Positions 1-10,383 of a DNA stretch of 32,000 nt are shown here, one piece after another (position 1 is the stretch's first letter; every line of letters starts with the position of its first letter). The notes beneath the pieces are model-generated. The model had not been told where the DNA came from. It did no database searches and was given only the letters and a program-made list of their open reading frames with translations. This stretch comes from Candidatus Saccharimonadota bacterium (GTDB lineage: Bacteria > Patescibacteriota > Gracilibacteria > BD1-5 > UBA6164): assembly GCA_004563595.2 (NCBI GenBank), contig CP042461.1:870001-902000 (forward strand), in the 5' to 3' direction. Made by a program: the position numbers and the translations under genes.

Positions 1-131
1 TAATAAATAATATGTGCTATTGATATTATATGATAATCTTTTTAAGATTTTTGCAAATATTTCTTTACATAAAAGCAAAAAACGATAATATGAGCTTGTT
101 TTTATTATATTTTTAATATCTAAGGAATCTT

Positions 132-962
132 ATGAGAAATCTAAAAAATACAGCATTCACACTTGTTGAACTTCTTGTAGTAATAACAATCCTAGCAATT
201 ATATCAGTAGTTGCATATCAAAATTTTGGATGAGCCGTTGATAAAGCTGTTTCTGGAAGAAAAATAAATGATATATCAACTATTGAAACTGCATTACAAC
301 AATATAAAGTAGATAATAACTACTATCCTGCTACAGAGGCATATGATGCTTCAGCAAACATGTGGGGATATAATTCATGAACTACTGCAAAACCATCAAA
401 TACAATAGATGTTACATATGACAAAGCTGAAATAACTATCTTAGATAATGCAGATGGAGGATGAAAAGTATACTGATTAAATGACTGATCAACTGACTGG
501 ACTGCTAAACAAATCTGAGCTAAGTGAACAATATCAAGAGATATTTTAGGAAAGAAATATTTATCTAAAGATTTATATGATCCTGAAAATTGAGATTTAA
601 AAATATGATCAAAATTACTTATAGATAGCTGAGTATGAAGATACGTATATGCCACATATAAAAAAGCTAAGTCTAGTTGAGATTGGACTCAAAATTATAA
701 TGGGACAAATTATAACCTTGCATTTACAATCAAAGAAAACTGAACTGATAAATATGTAACCAGAATTGTTGGTGATTATGATGAAGAGTCATGTTATGAC
801 GATAAATTACTCTGTCCATCTACTCTTATTTGATCTTCAAATACTATACTTATAGATAAACAAGAGGAATGAAAAACATCATCTTGAACTGCTCTTGCTA
901 ATTATGATTCAAAACAAGCGGATCAATGAATTCCTTATGCAGTGACTGATTTTGCTGAATAA
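132..962 (+). CDS. Type IV pilin-like protein (prepilin-type N-terminal cleavage/methylation domain), 276 aa under table 25
   Basis: ATG at 132 and TAA at 960-962 are in the same frame (831 nt). The N-terminus MRNLKNTAFTLVELLVVITILAIISVVAY is a class III signal followed by the hydrophobic pilin helix with Glu at +5. There are 17 in-frame TGA codons and no in-frame TAA or TAG. An AAGGA sits 8-12 nt upstream. Confidence 0.85.
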
Positions 963-973
963 TTTTAATTACT

Positions 974-1007
974 AAAAAACTGAAGTGTTTACACTTCAGT
1001 TTTTTTT
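974..1007. terminator. Bidirectional rho-independent terminator shared by the convergent pilin and methyltransferase genes
   Basis: Perfect 8-bp stem ctgaagtg/cacttcag (980-987 / 992-999) with loop ttta, flanked by an A-run (974-979) and a T-run (1000-1007). The methyltransferase stop codon (989-991) lies in the loop. Confidence 0.75.
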
Positions 1008-1654
1008 ATGATTGAAATTATATTTCTTTGATTATCAAATAATCTATTCTCAATTACTTCAAATCATGATTCTTTAAAAAGATACTCGAGTTCAGATATA
1101 TCAAAACAATGATAATATCTTTCAAATTCTCATATTTTTATATTATAATCTATACTTCAAAATTGATTTTCTGTTCAAACTATGACACTCTTATCATATC
1201 TTTTTCTATTAAAATCACTGTTTAATGCCCAATTTGTCATATATATTTTTCATCATTCTTCTAGTAAAGCATAAGTTTTTTTTATGACCTTTCATCTTTC
1301 TTCTAGAGTTTGCAAATGATGGTATGAAGCAAAGAAAAATATATGAGAAAATTTATTTTTTATTTCATCAAGATCAAGCATATTTAATTCCTGAAAATTA
1401 TATTCAGGATATTGTTTTTTTGCTTCATCCAGTAATCATTTAGATAAGTCTACTCAAAGATAATTTTCTGAAGTTATTTTATCAGAAAACCTAGATTTTA
1501 ATTCTCATAGAAAACGTCAATTTCCACATCAGATATCAAGAATACTAATAGATTCACCATCTAAAATATTCCCTAAAAAATAATCCATTTCTGGCCATTT
1601 CATATTTTTTCTTGAATCTGAGAATGTTTTTGCAAAACTATTATAATCTACCAT
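989..1654 (-). CDS. Class I SAM-dependent methyltransferase, 221 aa
   Basis: The minus-strand frame is open from ATG (1654-1652) to TAA (991-989), 666 nt. Motif I reads ILDIGCGNGRFL, with two of its glycines encoded by TGA. Confidence 0.8.
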
Positions 1655-1669
1655 ATTTTATTTTTATAA

Positions 1670-3433
1670 TTACATTTTTTCTGGCATTTGAATACCAAGA
1701 ATTTCAAAACTATCCTTTAATACTATTGTAAATAATTCAACTAATTGTAATCTAATTATTTTATTCTCCTGATTTTCTTCATTGAGTATATGAACTGTAT
1801 TATAAAAACTATTAAACTTTTTTGTGAGATCATATGTATAAGTACATAAATGATGTGGCATATTGGTATCAGCCGTTTTTAATAAAATATCTCAATATTC
1901 TCAAATAGACTTTACCAGCTCTACTTCTTCAGAATGTTCAAATTTTCCTATATGGGTACCTTCAAGAGACAGCTCTACATTTTTATTATAGAAATTCTCT
2001 AATATTCTTCTAGCCCTCACGTATGCATATTGAATATATGGTCCACTATTCCCTTCAAAACTCATAAACTCATCCCAATCAAAGATAACATCTGTTTCTC
2101 TTGATTTTTTTAGATATCCATACTTAATAGCTCAGATTCATATTATTTTTGATAACTCATCTAATTCATTTCAAACGATATCGTCTCTTTTCTCTAAAAT
2201 TATTTTTTTTGCTCTGTCTTCCGCTTCATCAAGAAGTTTATCAAGTTTTATGATTCTCCCCTTTCTTGAACTCATTGCACCATCTTTTAAGCTTATAAAT
2301 CAGTTATAAGCATGGAATAATTCAGTATCTTCTTTTACCCATCAAACCTTTTTTGCAATAATAAATGCTTGTTTTAGATGTAGTTGTTGTCTCATATCAA
2401 TGAAATATACAATTTTTTCTGGGTTCCAATTATCCATTCTATATTTAATTGCAGCAAGATCTGATGCTAAATACCCATGAGTTCCATCTCTTTTTTGTAA
2501 TATACAAGATGGAATTTTTAATGCATCGTCAAATATCACTCAAACTGAATTATCATCATTTTGTGTAGCTATTGATTTCTTAATTAACTCTTTCACTATG
2601 AATTCCATATCCCATTTCAAGTCTGGGTATTCTTCTATTTTTGGAAGTCAGAGTCATTCATAGAAACTTTCTCATATATTAAAATTTGGCTTTACTCATA
2701 ACCTTCAAAGCTGTATATTCATAGCATCGATTGAATATGATGTGAATTTTTTCCATAATTGAACTGAGTCATTATTTCCTTCAGATAGTAGTTTAAATTC
2801 ATCTCTTGTTCTTTGTTCCAAAGTACTATCATTTTCAGCTTCAGCAGTAATTTTTACATATAATTCAAGTAAATAATCTACTGCATTAAATTTTAATCTT
2901 TCTTCATCTCCCCAAAGTTTATAAGCAGTTATTAACTTTCAAAATATGATCCCCCAGTCCCCTATATGAGAATCTGAGATCACATTATATGATAATTTTT
3001 TATAAAGATTTATTAATACTTGTCCTTGGTTTGGTGTACACATATGACCAATATGGAGAGGTTTTCAAACATTTGATCAAATATAATCAATAACAATAGT
3101 TTTACCTTTTCAAATATCTGATTTTGTGAATTCATCTTTGTGTTTATACATCTCATGAAAACTATCAGTAAAAATAGTTTTTGATACTTTGATATTTAAA
3201 TATGGTCATGCTGCAGTTACATCATCTATGATATCTTGTTCAACTAAAAGAAGTTCTAAATCTGACGCTATCATTGCTGGTGACTTTTTTAATTCCTTAG
3301 ACAATACAAAACAACCAAATGCAAAATCACCAAGTTCTTTTTTTGGTGGATTTTCTAACTTAATTTCAGAAAGATCAAGATCATAATTATCTTTGATAAC
3401 TTTTTTTAATATATTAATTATTTGTGTTTCCAT
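1670..3433 (-). CDS. argS: Arginine--tRNA ligase, 587 aa
   Basis: Track fragments 1670-1861, 2342-2539 and 3206-3433 are all in one frame (1764 nt). An LHIGHM (HIGH) motif is present, plus the typical ArgRS C-terminal anticodon-binding region ending ...GIQMPEKM. The fragments are joined only by in-frame TGA. Confidence 0.95.
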
Positions 3434-3511
3434 ATATATTTCTACTGGTTAAAATTATGGATGGATTATAACCAAAAAATGAGAAAAATAAAGTAAATAG
3501 TAAGTCAGTGG

Positions 3512-3540
3512 TTGACTTTCAGTAAAAATACTTATTATAA
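3512..3540 (+). promoter_or_regulatory. Sigma-70-like promoter candidate for the ATPase gene
   Basis: TTGACT (3512-3517), a 17-nt spacer, then TTATAA (3535-3540), 55 nt upstream of the ATG at 3595. Confidence 0.4.
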
Positions 3541-3594
3541 ATATATAAATTCAAAAATGAGTAAGTATACATTAACAATTATTAAATAAGTATT

Positions 3595-4782
3595 ATGGAA
3601 AATATATTAAAAATAAATCATGACTTTTTATCCAGGAGAGTTATTTTCAGTAATAATAATAGTGAGATAAAGAGAATTGTTCAGCATCTTAACAAAGATA
3701 AGTTGGTTATTGTTAGCTGAATAAAAAACGTTTGAAAAACAAATATAGTAAAAGAACTTTTAGAAAAGTTAGGGATGAGTGATAACTATTTTTATTTCAA
3801 CAAAGATTTAGATAACTCAAATGAAATACAATCAGAGGAACATTTAAATAATCTCTATAATACATATGTAAAGTTATACAAAACACCAAAAATAGTTATT
3901 TTACAGAACTGTACCAAAGTAGAATGAATCAAAAACTTCATCCTCAAGTCATATAATAATGATTTAAAAGTTTTACTTGTATGAAATACAATTAAAATTT
4001 GAGGAAAAGCAGAAATAGAGATTTTACCAAGAACTATAAATAATATCAAAAAGTATGATTTAGACATTATTTTAAAATATTGATTATTAAGTGAAATTCT
4101 TGTTATCCAAAATATTTATTTAAAAGAAAAATTTCTTTCCCTTGTTCAAAATGATATTTTTACAAAAGATATATTTTTTAACTTTTGAGTAAAAAACCTA
4201 GATCTCTATAAATATACTATTTCATACCTATCTAGAAATAATACATTCTTTTCATTGAGAGAATTACAAAAATGACTATGTAAACATATGCAAATATCAC
4301 TTAAAACAACTATTGATTACATAGATTACTCTCTTCAAGCAAAAATAATTAAAAAAGTTTATACTTATGATTTAAAAAAATCAAAGGAAATATCATCAAG
4401 GGTAAAGTACTATTTTACAGATACATGAATAAGAAACTCGTTAAATTGTTATAGTTTAGATAGACAAATACTGTTAGAAAATCTTATTTTTAATGAACTA
4501 AGAAAGAAATGATATACAGTATACAATTGATTAAACTGAGTATTTGATTTTACCTTTTATACTACTTCTCAGTATGTTTCATGATTAAACCTTTATATCC
4601 ATATGAGTGAAGCTAAGGATAAAGGTCAACTAAAAAAAGAAGTAAATAAGCTATCAAAAATAAAAGATAAGAATAAAAAATATTTAATTGTTGAAAGTAT
4701 TCCGAAATTAGAAATTAAGAAAACAAATTATGATTATGTTGAAATAGTTGAGATAGATGAATTCCTGAGAAAACTAAAATAA
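3595..4782 (+). CDS. AAA-family ATPase with DUF4143-like C-terminal domain, 395 aa
   Basis: ATG 3595 to TAA 4780-4782 (1188 nt). The Walker A motif S-G-IKNV-G-KT has both glycines encoded by TGA (3718-3720 and 3733-3735). The C-terminal YYFTDTGIRNSL resembles the DUF4143 signature. Confidence 0.75.
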
Positions 4783-4810
4783 AAACCAAGCTTTGCTTGG
4801 TTTTTATTTT
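4781..4810. terminator. Bidirectional terminator between the ATPase gene and the convergent membrane-protein gene
   Basis: Stem aaccaagc/gcttggtt (4784-4791 / 4795-4802) with loop ttt, and A and T runs on either side. Confidence 0.65.
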
Positions 4811-7061
4811 AGTTTTCTTCTTTTTCTTTATATAGTTGATCTTTGTTATTTACTTTTGTATATGATTTACCTCCTACTGTTTCAGACAATGAATACTTTC
4901 ATTTTCAATCAGTATAAATACCTGTTTCTAATATCTTTTCATAAGTTTTATTTACTTCAGTCTCACTATTAATATTCATTTTTCATAAAATGTTTTTCAT
5001 GCCATCTTCTGACATTCATTGAACAATTAATTTTGCTAGATTATCTCAACCATCAACTACCTGTTTAATTCAATCAACTACTTTAACATTAATAGTAGAT
5101 CAATCTTTTAAACTATAATTTGCCCATGTATTTCAATCATTATCATATCAACTACTACCTGCTTTTATATCTGTTTCTCTAGTACTTCATGATTCATCAG
5201 ATGATGTTCATTTTTCAAAGTATTCAGCAAAATCATCTTTAGTTCTAATATGAGCTAAAACATTAGTCCATATTTGATTTCAACCAGCTGTTGATATTTC
5301 GGAACTGTTCTTTTTGAAATTTGTAAAGAAATCTTGTTCATTTTTACTATCTTTAACTTTATCATGTAACTTATCTCAAAATTGCATTTTTATCATCTCC
5401 ATAAATTTTTCTCTTTCTGATGAATTAACCAAAGTACCTTTCAATTCTTTAATATGTTTTCAGAAGTCCTTAATATGTGCGTCAACATGAGTTTGATCAC
5501 TTCAAGCTCATGAAGTATGACTTGCATTAATTCCGCTCATTTTAGTTGTATTATTACCTCAAAATGGAGAAAGATTTTCTCACCATTGAGTTCATTTAGT
5601 ATTATAATGCCCTTGGACAGAAGAACTTACAGTTGAAGCCGCAGTTGATAGCTCAGTTGCTGATTTTCAACCAAACACTGGCGCATATTGTGGAGATTTT
5701 GCAACAAGTGATCATACTTGCTTCCCGAAGTCAGCAATCGGCTGTACAACAGCTTCTGTAATTTTACTTCATTTCAGTGCTGCCATTACTGATATCCATA
5801 ATATTGCAAGTCAAAAGAGTTGCATTAAAATTTCTCAGAAAATTCATTTTGATCAATTTAAAACATTATTCATTTTTGTTGCAGATTCACTCCCTTTTTC
5901 TCACTTTATACTTACTTTAAAACTATTACCACTTTCGGGAAACAAAATAATATGAGAATATTCTCATTCATCTCAAAATTCTATAACAGTATTAAGAGTG
6001 TTATTTTCTGTAGCAAATCAATTTCAAGCTACAAATATAAAAAGTAATCCAAATCAAAGAGCTCCAGAAACATAAACAGGAACCATTGCTAATCAAAAAA
6101 ACTGAGTAACACTAAATTTTCAATCTAAGAATCATTCATTTTCTTTTCAAAAGAAATATAATAATCAAAAGACGGGGGAAAATATCATATATAACCATAA
6201 CCATACAACTCTTGTAAATAGAGCTAGTGCTAGAGATATAACTAATATAGTATAAACAACAATAAATAATATATGAAATATCTTTTCAACTCAAAGTTCA
6301 ACTACATTTGTAATGCTTATTTCAACATCCCTTTCAACTACCTTTGAAAACTCATCTATTTCAAAAATTCAGTATGTGTATGTATTCAACAATCAATATA
6401 ACCCTTTTCACTTCATCAGAGTCTTGAGACTTGGCCTCGCATCACCTTTCTGCCTACAAGAAGAATCACTTCAATTTATTTCAAAATCAGTACATATTTT
6501 TGTATTTTCGACTGAAGATAAATTAGCACTATCCAATACTTCAAAAGGTAATGATAGAACTGATGCAGCAAGGATAGAACTTATAGATATAATAAACTGA
6601 ACAAAAAACCATGAGAAGGGTACTATTAGAACTCATACTACAAATTTTGGTAATGCTTGTTTAAGTTGAAATTTATCCCCTCATTTTCAAATAATGTTCA
6701 TAAATGCAATTCCAATTAAAAGAAATGCAAATATAAAATATACAACATTTGAAACAAGAATCCATAATTGTTTAATAGTTTCTCAGATACCAATTACTCA
6801 TCCATTTACCCATTCAGGAGTAAGAAAAACTCATACCATTTGAGTAAGTAACCCTAATATTCAAGCTACAATCTTAAATAATCAATTTAATCCCGTTATT
6901 ACTGTATCTCAACCTTCAGAGTTTCCTCCTGGGTCTGTAGAATCTCATTCAGCCGCAAAAGCTCCTTCCCCACTCAACATAAATACCGCAAAAATAAACC
7001 CCAGATAGTAAAATATCTTTTTATTTCTATTAAAAAATTGTTTTATATTTGAAAGAATCAT
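4809..7061 (-). CDS. Large polytopic membrane protein, 750 aa; TrbL/VirB6-like topology (tentative), with a roughly 330-aa S/T/G/K/D-rich soluble C-terminal region
   Basis: ATG (7061-7059) to TAA (4811-4809), 2253 nt, with no TAA or TAG in frame and many in-frame TGA. An N-terminal signal or TM segment is followed by about 7 further hydrophobic helices (for example FVVGVLIVPFSWFFVQFIISISSILAASVL), then a hydrophilic tail. The family assignment rests on topology only. Confidence 0.6.
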
Positions 7062-7170
7062 ATGTTTTTGTTTTTATTTTTATTGTAGCAGTTGCCCAAA
7101 ACAAATTTGGGAGTAAAAACTTACTATAATAATATCATATATTAAATAGCTATGCAAAAAATTGAGACAC

Positions 7171-7210
7171 AAAAAAACTGGACTATTTATCATGTCCAGT
7201 TTTAAAAAAA
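7171..7210 (-). terminator. Rho-independent terminator after gatB
   Basis: Stem actggac/gtccagt (7177-7183 / 7194-7200). On the minus strand the hairpin is followed by a 7-T run (complement of 7171-7177). Confidence 0.7.
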
Positions 7211-8644
7211 TTACCCCAACTTCTTTTTTAACAATTCATTAAAAATCTTTGGATTCCCTTGTCATTTTGAAGCTTTCATAGATTGTCATACAAAGAAACC
7301 AAATATATTTTCATTTCAACCTTTGTAATCCTCGACTTGATTTGGAAAATTTGCAATTACCTCGTCAACTATTGCTTCGAGTGCTCAAGTGTCATTCTTT
7401 TGTCTAAGGTTGTTCTCATCCACTATCAGATCAGCATCACCTCCATTATTAAATAGCTCTTCAATAACTTGTTTCGAATTTGTTGATGAGAGTTCATCTC
7501 AATTTACAAGCTCAATAACTCTTGCTAATTGTTTCATATCAAACTTTAACTCAGAAACAGAATTAATTTCCTCGCTTTCTTTAATAATAGCAAGCAATAT
7601 AGTAGTAATATAACTACATGATCTTTTTGGATCTTTTGTGAGAGATACTAATCCTTCAAAGTAATCTGATAAAGCTTTATCAGCTGTTAAAATTCTCGCA
7701 TCATCATCTCAGAGTTTATATTCATTGAGATATCTGAGCCTTCTATCAATTGGGAGCTCTACTAAGCAGGCTCTTGCTTCTGAAATAAACTCATCTGTCA
7801 GATTAATTGGCAATAAATCAGGTTCTGGAAAATACCTATAATCCATAGCATCTTCTTTTGATCTTTGCGAAGTACTCGTTCATTTTTCATCATCCCAACC
7901 TCTCGTTTCTTGATCAATTTCTCCACCTGATTCAATAATTTTTAATTGTCTTTTATATTCATGATCAATAACTCTTCAAATAGCAGAAAAACTATTTACA
8001 TTTTTTGTTTCTGTTCTCATTCACCATTCTTTTGCTCACTCTGGAGCAATTGATAAGTTTACATCACATCTCATTTGACCTTTTTCCATATCAGCATCTG
8101 AGACTCCTGCTGCTCTCATGATTTTTTGTAATTCTCTTAAGAATTCCATTACTTCTTCTTTGTCATGAAAAACTGGATCTGTTACTATTTCCATAAGTGG
8201 ACTTCATGCTCTATTAAAATCACATAAAGTTTTACCTCATGTATGAATAAGCTTTCAAGCATCATTTTCTAAATGCATATGATGAATACGGAATTCTCTA
8301 GTCTCTCCATTTACAAGAGTTTTTACTGATCCTAATCATACAATTGGATCATAGAGCTGAGTGATTTGATAACTATTCGGACTATCAGGATAAAAATACG
8401 TCTTTCTATCAAATCTTGAATATTTATTTACTTCACAGTTCATCATCATACCACCAATAAGCCCCAATCTTACAACTTCTGCATTGAGAGCAGGAAGCAT
8501 TCCTGGAAATCACATACATATAGGACACACATTTATATTTGCTTCTGGGGCAAGTGCTACTGCATTTTTACAACTACAAAACATCTTTGTTTCAGACTTT
8601 ATTCTCATATGTATTTCAAGACCAATAGTTTTTACATATTTCAT
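7211..8644 (-). CDS. gatB: Asp-tRNA(Asn)/Glu-tRNA(Gln) amidotransferase subunit B, 477 aa
   Basis: ATG (8644-8642) to TAA (7213-7211), 1434 nt. The translation [15 protein letters not shown]...CPICMGFPGMLP...[11 protein letters not shown]...RCDVNLS...YRYFPEPDL matches GatB hallmarks end to end. The Gly in CMGFPG is a TGA at 8510-8512. Confidence 0.93.
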
Positions 8645-8774
8645 TTTATAACTCGTATTTTAGAAAGTATTTTTTTATTTATTTTTCTCAGATATAAAGG
8701 AAAAACAATCAGATAAAATATAACCCTTTTTCCTGATATTTCAACTTAAATTTTATTTTTTTACTTGAAAATTC

Positions 8775-8802
8775 TTGCATTTAAAATGAAGTATGATAAA
8801 AT
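8775..8802 (+). promoter_or_regulatory. Sigma-70-like promoter candidate for hpf
   Basis: TTGCAT (8775-8780), a 16-nt spacer, then TAAAAT (8797-8802) preceded by TGA, which resembles an extended -10 element. Confidence 0.45.
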
Positions 8803-8838
8803 AATCGTACATTAATTTATAATTAAACAATTCAGAAT

Positions 8839-9141
8839 ATGGAATTACAAATAAAAATACACATAGATAAACTATTAGAAGAATCAAAAGAAGTCATTGA
8901 TAGACTTGTTGAAACAAATATAAATAAAAAACTTGATTCATACTTAAAACAATTCACTAAAAATGATGCTGAAGGGATTATCGAACTCTCAGTAGAAAAG
9001 AATAAAAAGGGTGAATTTAACGGAAAGGTTCAAGCAAATTTAGATGGAAACTCTTATAGATCTGAAAGAGAAGATTTCAAAAACTTAGATGATTTAATTA
9101 ATCATCTATTTGATCATCTAAAAGTTCAATTAACAGACTAA
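8839..9141 (+). CDS. hpf: Ribosome hibernation promoting factor / RaiA (S30AE family), 100 aa
   Basis: Intact ORF even in the standard code. MELQIKIHIDKLLEESKEVIDRLVETNINKKLD...DLINHLFDHLKVQL fits the S30AE fold pattern and size. Confidence 0.8.
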   Translation: MELQIKIHIDKLLEESKEVIDRLVETNINKKLDSYLKQFTKNDAEGIIELSVEKNKKGEFNGKVQANLDGNSYRSEREDFKNLDDLINHLFDHLKVQLTD

Positions 9142-9152
9142 TTTATACAAAC

Positions 9153-9187
9153 AAAAAAAAGACTCAATTTCATTGAGTCTTTTTTTT
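9153..9187. terminator. Bidirectional terminator between hpf and hemW
   Basis: Stem gactcaat/attgagtc (9161-9168 / 9172-9179), flanked by an A-run upstream and a T-run downstream. Confidence 0.75.
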
Positions 9188-9198
9188 GTACTCGTAGC

Positions 9199-10383
9199 TT
9201 AAATTATTTCTTTCAATATATAATCCATTACAAGTACTCATTTATCCTCTAATTTTATAACTGAATTTTCTTCTTTTAAATATCAGTCTTTTATAAATAA
9301 ATTTATTTTATTTGTATCTAACTGTGAATATAAACTTTGTTCTATCCCAGAAGTCCTGAGCTGAAACATAATTTTTTCTAAAAAGAGGTCTTCTGAGTTA
9401 CTTAATTCTTGCACTTTCTTTTCTCTCTTGTAATACTCATTAAAACTATCACTATTTCTATACCTTACTCAATTTGTATATCAATATGCTCATAATCAAA
9501 AAGCAACTATTTGTGAATGGTTCCAATATGCCTGATTATGCTTGCATTCGTATCATGGTTGAGAAAAATTTGATATTTCATAACTATGAAATCACCTAGA
9601 TTTTAAAAATTTTTTTATTTCTCTATATTCAGCTAAGTAATCTTCATCCTTTATCCCAAGTTTATTCCAATCATCTGGATACGTTACCTTATCATATTTT
9701 GTTTCTATTATTTTATCTTCATTGTAGTATTCTTCAAGCAAATATACCGAAATATGCTTTATAAATGAATATGCATCTAATATATACTCTATATCTTTTT
9801 TAATTTCTCATTTTTCTACATACGGGAGTCCGATAATAAAATCAAGAGAAATATTATCAATTCATCTCTCTTGTAGAAGATCTAAAGCCTGTATGATATC
9901 TCACTTATTCCCTCTTCATATTTCATCTAGACTTTTCGTACTCAGAGTTTGCACTCACATACTTATCCTATTTATTCATAATTTTTTCCAGTTTTGTAAA
10001 TTCTCTTTCGTCACGTTAATTGGTGTCGTTTCAAGTGTGATTTCAATATCAGGGTCAAAACAATATTTCGATTCCATTGTATCAAGAATCATTTTTATCT
10101 GAGATAGTTCCAAAACACTTGGGGTTCCTCATCAAAAATAAATACTTTTTAAATAACCTCACCCTTGAATTCCCTCTCCTACAGGAGAAGGAGGCACAAA
10201 AACTCATATCCCCCTCTCCTGTAAGAGAGGGGTTAGGGGTGAGGTTCTTACCTCATCTACCAATGAATGGACATATTTTGATATTTGAAATTTTTGAGTA
10301 GATCAGATAGATGCAAATCTACAATATCCGCACTTCTGGTCGCAAAAAGGAATATGAATATATGAATATAAATTTTTATTCAC
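9199..10383 (-). CDS. hemW: Radical SAM family heme chaperone HemW / HemN-like protein, 394 aa, carrying an in-frame palindromic insert
   Basis: GTG start (10383-10381; there is no in-frame ATG after the upstream TAG) to TAA (9201-9199), 1185 nt. Motifs present: YIHIPFCDQKCGYCRF (CxxxCxxC), YFGGGTPS, GINRISMGVQT and HNQAYW. Confidence 0.85.
10155..10246. repeat. GC-enriched palindromic element E1, about 92 nt, inside the hemW coding sequence
   Basis: Outer 10-bp inverted repeat aacctcaccc/gggtgaggtt. Inner hairpins ccctctcct-aca-ggagaagg and cccctctc-ctgtaa-gagagggg. GC content is visibly above the surrounding sequence. Confidence 0.7.

Noticed and set aside
323-655. A 110-aa minus-strand ORF within the first kilobase.
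   Set aside because: It is antisense to the pilin gene, whose plus-strand frame has a canonical prepilin N-terminus and runs 831 nt from ATG to TAA under table 25. The antisense ORF has no recognisable features.
10077-10301. A plus-strand ORF encoding ...SPSPVREGLGVRFLPHLP..., which looks like a distinct small protein.
   Set aside because: It is the antisense translation of palindromic element E1 inside hemW. A palindrome yields similar Pro/Gly/Leu/Glu-rich peptides on both strands. The hemW frame on the minus strand is continuous across the element.
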